Shown here piece after piece: positions 9,189 to 20,136 of a stretch of DNA of 64,000 nt; the first letter of the stretch is position 1, and each line of letters opens with the position of its first letter. The translations under genes and the position numbers were made by a program. Under the pieces are notes generated by a model. It was not told the DNA's origin, did no database searches, and saw nothing but the letters and a program-made list of their open reading frames with translations. Source of the stretch: Myxococcota bacterium (lineage in GTDB: Bacteria; Myxococcota_A; UBA9042; PHBI01; JAWLBL01); contig JAWLBL010000004.1 in NCBI GenBank assembly GCA_041687695.1, forward strand, positions 279,319 to 343,318. The letters run 5' to 3'.

Positions 9189-10546
9189 GGCGGACGGGCG
9201 GAGCAGGGAAGGCGGCGCTGCTGGCGGCGGCGGTGGTGGCGTGCGCGGCGGCGGCGACGGCGGTGCAGGCCGAGTCGCTGGAGAACCGGGCGCTGATGGA
9301 CCACGCGCCGCAGGCCGGTGACCACCCGCCGCGGGGGGCGACGGCGCCGGTGTGGGGCTCGCCCGACGATCCGATGACCAGCGCCGGGCAGCGGGCGCGC
9401 GAGCGGGCGAAGCTGGGGCGGCGGCACCTGCCCAGCCCCGTCGTCTTCCCGGACCAGCAGCTCCCGCTTCGCTTCAGCCACCGCATCCACACCGAGCTGC
9501 TCGAGTGCGTGGACTGCCACGGCGGCGTGCGCAGCAGCCTCCGCGCCTCGGACGTGAACCTGCCGCCGATGGCGACCTGCACCGACTGCCACGATCTCGA
9601 GGAGGGGCTGACGGCCGAAGGCGGCGACCCGCCGTCGCGCTGCTCGACCTGCCACGTCGGCTACCAGGCCGAGTTTCTGCCGGGCGCGGACGTGAACGAC
9701 TGGACCCAGGTCAAGGTGCATCCGCCCGAGGTGGTCATCCCGACCCCGAACCTGAAGTTCAACCACAAGCTGCACCTCGACCGCGGCATGGACTGCGCGA
9801 CCTGCCACGGCGATCTGACCCAGGTCGAGCTGGCGACGCGCGACAACGCCCTGCCGCTGATGAAGACCTGCCTGACCTGCCACGACGGGCAGCAGGCCTC
9901 GGCCGAGTGTCGGACCTGCCACCTGACCGAGCCCACCGGCCGGCTCGAGACCCGATTCGCCGCCGGGCGCCTGGTCCCTGGCGGCTGGTACTACCACGAC
10001 GCCCACGACGACTCGTGGCTGCAGGACCACCGCGCGGCGGCGCAGCTCAACGAGGGCTACTGCGCCAACTGTCACGCCCCCAAGGAGTGCGTCGATTGCC
10101 ACAACGGCGTGACCAAGCCGCTGAAGATCCACCCGAACGACTGGATCCTGCAGCACCCCGTCGCGGCGCGGAAGAACGCGCCCGACTGCGCCAGCTGCCA
10201 CCGCAGCCAGACCTTCTGCGTGGACTGCCACCAGCTCACCAAGGTGGCGGGCGACCCGCAGGACCGCGCCAACGTGCCGCAGCGGCTGCGCTTCCACCCC
10301 GAGGGCTGGGTCGCCGCGAACGTCGGACCCGACCACCACCGCTTCGAGGCGCAGCGCAACATCCAGTCGTGCACCTCGTGCCACACCGAGCGCACCTGCG
10401 TCGCCTGCCACTCGGGCGAGTTCGGCGCCAACCCGCACCCCATCGGCTTCGCCGGCTCGCTGCGCTGCCGCGAGATGGCGCGCAAGAACGACCGGGCCTG
10501 CGTCAAGTGTCACCAGCTGGGCAGCCCGCGGCTCGAGTGTCGCTGA
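9185..10546 (+). CDS. Multiheme cytochrome c (13 CxxCH), cytochrome c3-like
   Basis: Signal peptide after GTG at 9185; 13 CxxCH motifs counted; FSH/FNH distal-His motifs. Confidence 0.9.
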   Translation: MRRTGGAGKAALLAAAVVACAAAATAVQAESLENRALMDHAPQAGDHPPRGATAPVWGSPDDPMTSAGQRARERAKLGRRHLPSPVVFPDQQLPLRFSHRIHTELLECVDCHGGVRSSLRASDVNLPPMATCTDCHDLEEGLTAEGGDPPSRCSTCHVGYQAEFLPGADVNDWTQVKVHPPEVVIPTPNLKFNHKLHLDRGMDCATCHGDLTQVELATRDNALPLMKTCLTCHDGQQASAECRTCHLTEPTGRLETRFAAGRLVPGGWYYHDAHDDSWLQDHRAAAQLNEGYCANCHAPKECVDCHNGVTKPLKIHPNDWILQHPVAARKNAPDCASCHRSQTFCVDCHQLTKVAGDPQDRANVPQRLRFHPEGWVAANVGPDHHRFEAQRNIQSCTSCHTERTCVACHSGEFGANPHPIGFAGSLRCREMARKNDRACVKCHQLGSPRLECR

Positions 10547-10683
10547 CCCGCGTCCGAGGTCGTGACCGGTCGACGCCGCGAGCGGCGTGATCCAGCGAGC
10601 CCTCGCGAGCGAGGGCACTCCAGGCCGCCGGGACAGCTACACAGCGAAGCGTAGCGACCGAGGGGACGGGACGAACGAGCCGA

Positions 10684-11020
10684 CAAGGTTTGTCGGTCTC
10701 GGCTCGCACGACGCCGAAGCGACGAGGTTCGTCGGTTTTCGGCTGGTACCAGCGCGAAAGCCCGAAGTTCGTCGGTTTTCGGCTGGCAGGAGCGCGAAAG
10801 CCACGAAGTTCGTCGGTTTTCGGCTGGCAGGAGCGCGAAAGCCACGAAGTTCGTCGGTTTTCGGCTGGCAGGAGCGCGAAAGCCACGAAGTTCGTCGGTT
10901 TTCGGCTGTCAGGAGCGTGAAAGCCACGAGGTTCGTCGGTTTTCAACTGGTAGGAGCGCGAAAGCCACGAAGTTCGTCGGTTCTCGGCTGGTGCGAGCCG
11001 GAAAGCGACGAGGTTGGTCG
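10684..11020. repeat. Intergenic tandem array of approx. 8 x 41-bp imperfect palindromic units
   Basis: Consensus GAAGTTCGTCGGTTTTCGGCTGGCAGGAGCGCGAAAGCCAC. Unit starts at 10724, 10764, 10805, 10846, 10887, 10928 and 10969, plus degenerate flanking copies. Confidence 0.92.
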
Positions 11021-11116
11021 TGGACGCCAAAGATCGAAGCCCGAGCATGAAGGCTTCATGCTCGGGCTCGATGGATGGCTCGACCGAGAGGGCTCGGCCC
11101 GGGGGCCGCTCGCGGC

Positions 11117-13171
11117 TCAGGCCTCGGCGGCCTGGGTGTCCTCGGAGGCGGTCTCCTCGCCGACGCCCATCGACTCGAGCACCAGCTCGGCGATGTCCTT
11201 GGTCTTGACCGACTCGATCTGCAGCTCGTTGACGCCGTCCTTGAGCATCATGTTGCAGAACGGGCAGGCGACCGCGATGGTGTCGGCCTGGGTCTCCATG
11301 GCCTGCTGCACGCGCGTCTGGTTGATGCGCTTGCCGCGGTGCTCCTCCATCCACACCCGCGCGCCGCCGGCGCCGCAGCACATGCCCGTCTGGCGCGTGC
11401 GGGCCATCTCCTTCAGCTCGATGCCGGGGATGGCGGTGATGGCGCGGCGGGGCTCGTCGTACACGTCGTTGTAGCGGCTGATGTAGCACGAGTCGTGGTA
11501 CGTGATGCGCTTGGACGTGCCCGGGGCCTGGCGCGGCTTGATCTTGCCCTCGGCCACCAGCCGGTCGATGAGCTGGCTGTGGTGGACGATCTCGAAGTGT
11601 CCGCCGAACTGCGGGTACTCGTTCTTGATGGTGTTGAAGCAGTGCGGGCAGTGGGTGACGAGCTTCTTCTTGCTCAGCTCGCGGCCGTTCATGACCTCGA
11701 TGTTGGCCTGCGCCATCGTCTGGAACAGGTACTCGTTGCCGCCGCGGCGCGCCGGGTCACCCGTGCAGCCCTCTTCCTCGCCGAGGATGGCGAACGAGAT
11801 GCCCGCCTCGCGCAGGATGCGCACCAGGGCGCGGCTGACCTTCTTCTGGCGGTCGTCGTAGGCGCCGGCGCAGCCGACCCAGAAGATGTACTCGGCGTCC
11901 GGGTTCTCGTCGACGGTCGGCACGTCCAGGCCCTCGGCCCACTTGACGCGGTCGCCCATCGGCAGCCCCCACGGGTTGCCCTTGTTCTCGAGGTTGCGCA
12001 GCGTGCCGCCGAACTCCTTGGGGAAGTTCGACTCCATCAGCACCAGGTGGCGGCGCATGTCGACGATCTTGTCGACGTGCTCGATCATCACCGGGCAGGC
12101 CTCGGAGCAGGCCCGGCAGGTGGTGCAGTCCCAGATGGCCTCGTATCCGACCGCGTCGACCAGCGTCTCGCCGTGGTAGTCGCCGCCCTCGGTCTGCTTG
12201 CCCTCGGCCACGATGTCGCCCTCGCGCCGATACAGGTGGTTGCGCGCGTTGACGATGAGCATCTTCGGGTTGAGCGGCTTGCCCGTGATGGTGGTCGGGC
12301 AGTTGACCTGGCAGCGGCCGCACTCGGTGCAGCTGTAGAAGTCCAGGTACTGCCGCCAGGTGAACTGGGTGACGTCGCCGACGCCGAAGCTCTCCTGGTT
12401 CTCGATGTCCGGGATGGGCAGCAGGGCGCCGCGCTCCTTCACCTCGCCGAAGAAGGTGTTCGGGATCGAGGTGATGACGTGGAAGTGCTTGGAGCCCGGC
12501 AGGATGTTCAGGAAGGTCAGGACGATGAAGATGTGCGCCCAGTAGAAGATCTCGCGCCCGGCGGCGAGCGCCCCGGTGCTCCAGCCGTCGAAGAGGTTCG
12601 ACAGCCCCGCCCCGATGGGCGCCCAGCCCATCTCGGCGATGACGTGGGCGTTGGCGGCCGGCGCGGTCTTGGCGTGCGAGAAGAGGAAGGCGTCGTACAG
12701 GAAGTCCGAGACCATCAGGCCGCCGATGAGGCCCAGCACGGCCAGGCCCTCGGCGCTGAAGGTCAGGCGGGCGGGGCGGGTGACGACGCGGCGCCAGAAG
12801 GCGTAGGCGATCGCCGCCAGGACCACGGCCTCGGTGATGTCCTTGATGAGCGAGTAGGGGTTGTGGATGAAGGGCAGCTCGAAGTGCGGATCGAACGCCA
12901 GGACGACGAGGAACGCCGTCCGCAGCTGCAGGACCAGAAAGCCCCAGAAGATGAAGGCGTGCATGAAGCCGGCGACCGGCTCCTTGAACATCTTCTTCTG
13001 GCCGATGGCCACCAGGATGACGTTCGACAGCCGCTTGGGGATGTTGCGGAAGAGGTCCGGCCGGTGGTTGGCGATGGTCAGCAGGCGGACCTTGCCGAAC
13101 ATGGTCCAGCCGAAGTAGCCGAGCGCCACGGCGAGCGCGGCGATCATGGGGATCCAGCGGACTTCTTGCAT
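11117..13171 (-). CDS. Membrane-bound Fe-S oxidoreductase (FadF/HdrD-like: TM region, 2x4Fe-4S, CCG domains)
   Basis: CTECGRCQVNCP, CTTCRACSEACP, WVGC, CPHC, YHDSC, CCGAGG and ACPFC motifs. Confidence 0.9.
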   Translation of the reverse strand: MQEVRWIPMIAALAVALGYFGWTMFGKVRLLTIANHRPDLFRNIPKRLSNVILVAIGQKKMFKEPVAGFMHAFIFWGFLVLQLRTAFLVVLAFDPHFELPFIHNPYSLIKDITEAVVLAAIAYAFWRRVVTRPARLTFSAEGLAVLGLIGGLMVSDFLYDAFLFSHAKTAPAANAHVIAEMGWAPIGAGLSNLFDGWSTGALAAGREIFYWAHIFIVLTFLNILPGSKHFHVITSIPNTFFGEVKERGALLPIPDIENQESFGVGDVTQFTWRQYLDFYSCTECGRCQVNCPTTITGKPLNPKMLIVNARNHLYRREGDIVAEGKQTEGGDYHGETLVDAVGYEAIWDCTTCRACSEACPVMIEHVDKIVDMRRHLVLMESNFPKEFGGTLRNLENKGNPWGLPMGDRVKWAEGLDVPTVDENPDAEYIFWVGCAGAYDDRQKKVSRALVRILREAGISFAILGEEEGCTGDPARRGGNEYLFQTMAQANIEVMNGRELSKKKLVTHCPHCFNTIKNEYPQFGGHFEIVHHSQLIDRLVAEGKIKPRQAPGTSKRITYHDSCYISRYNDVYDEPRRAITAIPGIELKEMARTRQTGMCCGAGGARVWMEEHRGKRINQTRVQQAMETQADTIAVACPFCNMMLKDGVNELQIESVKTKDIAELVLESMGVGEETASEDTQAAEA

Positions 13172-13851
13172 CAGGTCACCTTGACGAAGCGGAACTGGAA
13201 GATCGGCAGGCCCACCTCGGCGCACTTCTTCTCGCGGTGCGAGCGGGGCAGGGCGCCGAGGATCTCGTCCTCGTAGGAGCGGCCGGCGAGGGTGAAGCCC
13301 CCGGCCTCGTGGAGCTCTTCCTCGATGACGTCGGCGTAGGCGGGCACGTCCGTCTTGGCGACGAGCAGGCCCCCGGGCGCGAGGGTGCGGTGCAGCTCGG
13401 CGATGAAGTCCGGTCGGAAGATGCGGCGCTTGTGGTGCTTCTTCTTCCACCAGGGATCGGGGAAGAGGATGTACCAGGCGTCCACCGAGCCGTCGGCGAA
13501 GGCCGGCATGAAGGCGCGGACGTCGCCCTCGACGACCCGCAGGTTCGCGAGCCCCTCGCGCTGCGCGCGGCGATCGGCGTCGGCGCACCAGCGGCGGCGG
13601 ATCTCGAAGCCGAGCACGAAGGCGTCGGGGCGCTGCGCCGCCAGATCGCACAGGTGGTGGGGCCGACCGAAGCCGACCTCGACGTGCAGCGGGCGCTGCT
13701 GGACGAACGCCGCGAAGCGGGCGTCGTCGTCCTCGCGACGGCCGGGCGCCAGCACGTGCGGGCCGGCGAGCGGCGGGACCTTCGCGTGCTCGAGGCGCTT
13801 GTCGAGGCTGCCGCCGATGAGACCGACGGCGCTGTCTTCCTTGGCGCTCAC
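13171..13851 (-). CDS. trmB: tRNA (guanine-N7)-methyltransferase
   Basis: EVGFG, GFEIR, FPDPWWKKKHHKRR and KTD motifs. Start uncertain (13851 or 13887). Confidence 0.88.
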   Translation of the reverse strand: MSAKEDSAVGLIGGSLDKRLEHAKVPPLAGPHVLAPGRREDDDARFAAFVQQRPLHVEVGFGRPHHLCDLAAQRPDAFVLGFEIRRRWCADADRRAQREGLANLRVVEGDVRAFMPAFADGSVDAWYILFPDPWWKKKHHKRRIFRPDFIAELHRTLAPGGLLVAKTDVPAYADVIEEELHEAGGFTLAGRSYEDEILGALPRSHREKKCAEVGLPIFQFRFVKVT

Positions 13852-13883
13852 CGGGCACTGGTTAGCCGTGAGGGCGTCGGGTG

Positions 13884-15389
13884 TCAAGGAGACTGACGCG
13901 GCGCGTCAACCCCCGAGGACCGCTGGGGTTCCCGAGAGCCGTCGCCATGGGGGCCGCGGCCTCGGCAGGCGGGCGGCGGCGCGCCCCCGATGACCGCGCC
14001 GTCGTCGCTCCACAGGGTCACCGGCGCCAGCGTCCCCAGCACCTCGGCCAGCCGCGGATGCCCGACGCCGGTCACGACCAGGCCCCGCCGCCAGCCGGGG
14101 GCGTCCAGCGCCTGGGCCACGTCGTCCCGGCTGGGGGTCGCCGCGGGCGGCGCTCCGTAGAGCAGCCGGGTCCCGGCCGTGACCAGCGCGCGCACCGGGT
14201 CCTCGCGCTCGGCGGCGCGCGCGCCCCACCACGACAGGCGGCCCTCGTCCAGCGCCGCGCCGGCCTCGCCCGCGCCGGGGTGGTCCAGCCACTCGACGAC
14301 CTTCAGCAGATCCAGCAGCGCCGGCCGGGCCTCGTCGGCCACGCCCATGAGCAGCACCGACACCCCGCCCTCGGGCCCCGGCCCCAGGTCGACCAGCTCG
14401 GGCCGCGCCTGCCGCGCGCGCTCGGGGCCGACCAGCCGCTCGATGGGGCCCGCCGGGCTCCCGCCCGCCCAGGCCAGCGCCGCCTCGAGCGCCGCGCGCC
14501 CCGGCGCCCCGGGCCCGGGCGCGGCCACCGTGACCAGGGTCAGCAGCCGCGCGCCCGGCTCGGGCGCCACCACCACGTGCGCCGTGCGCCGCGTCGGAGG
14601 GCAGACCCGCTGGCCCTTCGGCGCCGGCGCCTCGTCGCGCCACTCGGTGAGGGCCTCGGGCAGCCGATCCGCCAGGCCGGCGGGCCCCCCCCGGAGCACC
14701 AGGACGCCCCGGTCTGCGCGCACCACCCGCCGGTGGTGACGCACGATCTCCTCCCGGTGCAGGCCGCCCAGGGTGCGCGGGTCGGGGGCGAGCCCCAGCG
14801 GGCGCGCCAGCCCCAACGCGACCCCGAGCGCCACCGCCAGCGCCCGCCGCACCTCGCTCCGGCCGTCGGCTTCGAGGGCCTCGCGGGTCATCTCGAGCTG
14901 CGCGTCTAGGCGGGTCGCCGGGAAGGTCGGCCGGCGGGCGACGTCGGCCAGCAAGGTCACGAGGCGATCGGCGTCCCCGGCTGCGCCCACCACGCCCCAG
15001 CCGACCACCCCGCCGCTGGCGATGGGCTCGAGCAGGGCCCCGGCGGCCAGGGCCCGCTCGGGCGGGGGGCGGTCCCGGTCGGGATCGCCGGCGGTGCCGA
15101 GCAGGGCCGCGTCGGCGACGATGGCGGTCAGCCCGGGGTGGGCGGCCGGGTCGTCGAGCGGGCCGGCGGCGAAGAGCAGCGCCGCCGAGAACGCCGAGTC
15201 GGACGCGGGCGCGGGCAGCATGACGACGTGCAGGCCGCCGGGGGTCCGGATCCGCTCGGGTTCGTCGAGCGGGCCGACGGCGGGCGGGGCGGGGGAGGGC
15301 GGCGCGGCCGGGCGGCCCGAGGCGGCGCAGGCGAGGCCGATGGAGCACAGCAGCAGCGGCCATGCGCGCCGGAGGTCAGCGATCGTCAT
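13884..15389 (-). CDS. M16 (insulinase) family-like lipoprotein, lacking the catalytic motif
   Basis: Lipobox IGLAC; GLHVV...AG..DDP..HPGL segment typical of M16 N-domains; no HxxEH. Confidence 0.6.
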   Translation of the reverse strand: MTIADLRRAWPLLLCSIGLACAASGRPAAPPSPAPPAVGPLDEPERIRTPGGLHVVMLPAPASDSAFSAALLFAAGPLDDPAAHPGLTAIVADAALLGTAGDPDRDRPPPERALAAGALLEPIASGGVVGWGVVGAAGDADRLVTLLADVARRPTFPATRLDAQLEMTREALEADGRSEVRRALAVALGVALGLARPLGLAPDPRTLGGLHREEIVRHHRRVVRADRGVLVLRGGPAGLADRLPEALTEWRDEAPAPKGQRVCPPTRRTAHVVVAPEPGARLLTLVTVAAPGPGAPGRAALEAALAWAGGSPAGPIERLVGPERARQARPELVDLGPGPEGGVSVLLMGVADEARPALLDLLKVVEWLDHPGAGEAGAALDEGRLSWWGARAAEREDPVRALVTAGTRLLYGAPPAATPSRDDVAQALDAPGWRRGLVVTGVGHPRLAEVLGTLAPVTLWSDDGAVIGGAPPPACRGRGPHGDGSREPQRSSGVDAPRQSP

Positions 15390-17232
15390 CGGGCGCCGCC
15401 GGGCCGAAGGTGGGGGCGCAGCGCGCGTCGATGGCCGCGAGGCGGGCGGCCGCGTCGACGTCTTCGCGGGCGAGGCCGAGCAGGGGCCGATAGACGGACT
15501 CGTCCAGATCGAAGCGGCGGAAGATGCGGGCCACATCTCGCGCGCGGCGCTGCGGGTCGGCCTGCTGCCCGGGGCCGCAGGCGAGCGCCTCGTGCAGGGC
15601 GACGACGGTGTCGAGGCTGGCCAGGCTGCGCAGCTTGGCGACCTCGAGGCAGCGCTCGTCGGCCTCGCGGCCGAGGCGGCGCATCAGATCCGCGCGGCGG
15701 CTGATGGCGCGGCTGATGACCACGTAGTCGCGGGCCGACAGGCCGTACTTGCGCTGCAGGTGCGGGATCAGCTCGAGGCTCTGGCCGGGCGGCGGGCAGC
15801 GGATGTCGACCATGATGCGCACGTAACGGGCGAGCTGCTCGTCGTCGAGGGCGACGCGGTCCTCGGGCGCGGGCGTCTCGGGCGGCAGGTCGAGCGCGAC
15901 GCGGCGGTCGCTGCGCAGGGCGTCGGACAGCGTCGCGCGGACCGACTCGGCGTCCACGGTCGACAGGCGGCGGGTCATGGCCGCGAGCCAGGCCTCGGGC
16001 GCGGCGCCGTCGTCGAGGCGGCCGCTGCGGGCGAGCGTCCCGACCAGCCGGGCCCGATCGGGGCCCCGGGCCCACGCCAGCGCGAGCTTGCGCGCCGCCA
16101 CTCGGGCCGCGCCGGACACGACGGCGTCGTCGACCCGCGCTCGGGTCAGCCGCTCGACCTCGGCGACGAGGAGGCGCCGCAGGTCCGCCGGGTCGCTGCC
16201 GCGCAGGACGACCGCGATCGCCAGCGCCGGAGCGCCGTCGAGCGTCACCTCGGCGAAGACCTCGCGGGCCAGGGCGTGGCCGCGCACCAGCTGCTCGACC
16301 AGCAGGCCGCCGGGATGGTCGAGCAGCGCCTCGAGGGTCAGCAGGGCCGCGTCCTGGGCGCGCCGCTGGTCGGGGCCGGGGGAGGGCGGCAGGGCGAGCG
16401 GCCAGGCGGCGAGGACGAAGTGGCGGCCGTCGTCCCGGTTGAGCGGGGGGCGGGGCCAGGGGGCGGGGGTCGGCGGGGCGGCCGAGACGGCGGGCGACGA
16501 CCGGCGCGGGGCGACCTGGGCGAGGGCGTCGAGGGCGAGCGCGCGGGCGCGGGCGGCGAGCGCGGTGGGGGCGACGACGACCAGGCGCCAGCGGGCGTGG
16601 CGGCGGGCCCAGGCGACGGCGTCGGCGAAGGCGGGCGCGTCGAGGCGGCCGGCCCGCACGCGGCTGGCGAAGGGCGACCACCCGCCCGGGTAGCCGAGGG
16701 CGGCGCGGCGCGCGGCGTCGAGCGCGTCGCCGTCGAGGGTGACGGCCCCCTGGCGGGCGGCGTCGGCGCCGTCCCACAGGCCGGCCCGGGCGGCGGCCAG
16801 GGTGGTCGGGGCCGGCGCGGCGTCGGCGAGGCGCTCGGCGGCGGCCCACAGGGCGGTCTCGAGGGCGACGGCGGGCCCTGAGACGGTGACGGCGAGCGCG
16901 TCGGGGCTCAGATCGGCGGACAGGCGCAGTCCGGCGGCGCGTTCGGCCAGGCGCGGCGAGGGCGCAGACGGGTGGCGGGCCGGCGCGTGCACCAGCGTGG
17001 CCAGGAGCGCGGCCGTCGCGCCTCGCTGCCCGGGCGGCTCGTCGCGGGGGCCGAGGTCGACCTCGAGCCGGACGGTGACGGTGCGCGCGTCGGCCATCGC
17101 CGAGACGAACAGCTCGGCCGCCGGGCCGACGGCGTCGCGCGTCGTGGTCGGGGCGGTCTGGGCGGACGCGCGGGTCGTCGACGCCGCGAGCAGCGCCACG
17201 AGCGCGACCCCTGCGAGGGCGGCGCGGTACAT
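15376..17232 (-). CDS. M16 (insulinase) family-like exported protein, lacking the catalytic motif, with a C-terminal extension
   Basis: Signal peptide; G.RDEPPGQRG motif with HxxEH replaced; L...LV...LA C-domain motif. Confidence 0.55.
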   Translation of the reverse strand: MYRAALAGVALVALLAASTTRASAQTAPTTTRDAVGPAAELFVSAMADARTVTVRLEVDLGPRDEPPGQRGATAALLATLVHAPARHPSAPSPRLAERAAGLRLSADLSPDALAVTVSGPAVALETALWAAAERLADAAPAPTTLAAARAGLWDGADAARQGAVTLDGDALDAARRAALGYPGGWSPFASRVRAGRLDAPAFADAVAWARRHARWRLVVVAPTALAARARALALDALAQVAPRRSSPAVSAAPPTPAPWPRPPLNRDDGRHFVLAAWPLALPPSPGPDQRRAQDAALLTLEALLDHPGGLLVEQLVRGHALAREVFAEVTLDGAPALAIAVVLRGSDPADLRRLLVAEVERLTRARVDDAVVSGAARVAARKLALAWARGPDRARLVGTLARSGRLDDGAAPEAWLAAMTRRLSTVDAESVRATLSDALRSDRRVALDLPPETPAPEDRVALDDEQLARYVRIMVDIRCPPPGQSLELIPHLQRKYGLSARDYVVISRAISRRADLMRRLGREADERCLEVAKLRSLASLDTVVALHEALACGPGQQADPQRRARDVARIFRRFDLDESVYRPLLGLAREDVDAAARLAAIDARCAPTFGPAAPDDDR

Positions 17233-17316
17233 CGGCCGAACCGTCGCCCGTGCCGCCTGCGCAGTCAATGGCGGCGCGGCCCGCGCGGGCTCGCCGGGGC
17301 ATGTTGGGATTTGTCC

Positions 17317-17345
17317 TTGCCTGCCTTGCGGCGCGGCACTACAGT
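17317..17345 (+). promoter_or_regulatory. Putative sigma70 promoter of the rimP-nusA-infB operon
   Basis: TTGCCT-17 bp-TACAGT. Confidence 0.45.
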
Positions 17346-17495
17346 GGAGCCGCTCGGAAGCTGGAACACGAGGTCGGCTACCGGGGAACGCGGTCCGCGT
17401 CTCCCAGGCCTCGCTGCTCCCGCACCCGGATCGCCAGCGATGGCGGCCCCCGGGGCAACGGCTGCCGCGCATCACTTCGGATCGGAGCGATCGTG

Positions 17496-17525
17496 AAGTG
17501 GGCTACCCGGCCCGCTTTTTTTTTT
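17496..17525 (+). promoter_or_regulatory. rimP-leader hairpin (terminator-like attenuator)
   Basis: AGTGGGC-loop-GCCCGCT followed by T10 directly before the rimP ATG; resembles the conserved GGGC/GCCC rimP leader. Confidence 0.7.
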
Positions 17526-18053
17526 ATGTCTGAGCACCTCGCAGAGACCATCCAGCGCATCCAGGCCGTCATCGAGCCCGTCCTCGAGCGCGAAGGGTTC
17601 GAGCTGGTCGAGCTAGAGTACAAGCGCGGCTCCAAGCGCTTCTTGCTGCGCGTCACCATCGACCGGCTGGGGCGGACCAGCTTCGCGCCGCCCGCGCGCG
17701 ACGCGGCCGACGGCGAGGGGCCCGGGGCCGGGGGCGTCACCATCGTCGACTGCGTGCGCGTCACCAAGCTCCTGTCGCCGGTGCTCGACGTCGAGGACGT
17801 CGTCCCCGGCGCCTACACCTTCGAAGTGTCGTCCCCGGGGGTGAACCGCCCCCTCAAGACGGCCGCGCACTTCCGCATGGCCCTGGGCCAGAAGGTGCGC
17901 GTGAAGACGCGGGTGCCCGTCGCGGGTCAGTCGTTCTTCATCGCCAAGCTCGTCGACGCCGACGACGAGCGCCTCGTGCTCGAGGGCAAGTCGGGCCCCA
18001 TCGAGGTCCCCTACCGCCACGTGTCCAAAGCGAACCTGGAATACGAGTTCTAG
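17526..18053 (+). CDS. rimP: Ribosome maturation factor RimP
   Basis: GFELVELEY, LRVTID, GVTIVDC and YTFEVSSPGVNRPL motifs. Confidence 0.93.
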   Translation: MSEHLAETIQRIQAVIEPVLEREGFELVELEYKRGSKRFLLRVTIDRLGRTSFAPPARDAADGEGPGAGGVTIVDCVRVTKLLSPVLDVEDVVPGAYTFEVSSPGVNRPLKTAAHFRMALGQKVRVKTRVPVAGQSFFIAKLVDADDERLVLEGKSGPIEVPYRHVSKANLEYEF

Positions 18054-18131
18054 GTCGCGCATTGCAGGCAGCCTCGCGGCGCGGCTTTCGCATCGCCGAA
18101 CGGCGCCCATGCGTGAGAAATCGAGGAAGAG

Positions 18132-19533
<1,402 letters not shown>

Positions 19534-19556
<23 letters not shown>

Positions 19557-20136
19557 AGACAAGCGCGCCGTGCCGATGCGCGCCTGCGCGGCGTGTCGGC
19601 AGCGACGACCTGCGGCGGAGCTGGTGCGCTTCGTCGCCGTGGGGTCGTCCGTCCAGCCCGACCTGAGGCGAATCGCCCCAGGTCGGGGCGTCAACCTGTG
19701 CCCGACCCGCGCCTGCCTCGAGCGCGCCCTGCGTCGCTCGGTGTTCGGGCGCGCCTTCGGTCGTGAGCTACAGCTTGACCCTGACGACCTGGTCGCTACC
19801 TTGCGCTCCACGCTGATGGACGCGCTGCTCGCGCTCCTCGCGGACGCCCGCCGGTCCGGCGACGTCGTGGACGTCGCCCCGAACGCCGTGGTGCCGCCGG
19901 AGCTGAAGGCGCTTCGCGACCGCAGCCTCGAATCCCCGGGCGCCTCGGGCGCCCCAGAAGTCCCCTCCGTGGCCGTCCTGTCGGCGCGGCACCGAGCCCG
20001 CGTGGCGTGGCTGGCCGAGGGGATCGCACAGTTTACATTCCCAGGGTCGGGTGATATGAACCGCCGCCACTCTTCAGGGGTGCGGGGACCCGGGCGGTCG
20101 GAGCGACAAAGCTCCCAGCGCAGTGAGAAGGCATGA
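19534..20136 (+). CDS. ylxR: YlxR/RnpM (DUF448) family protein with C-terminal extension
   Basis: [14 protein letters not shown] and PGRG..LC...CL motifs; lies between nusA and infB. Confidence 0.75.

Noticed and set aside
10684..11020. 41-bp array as CRISPR
   Set aside because: Units are head-to-tail with near-identical loops; there is no spacer diversity and no cas gene.
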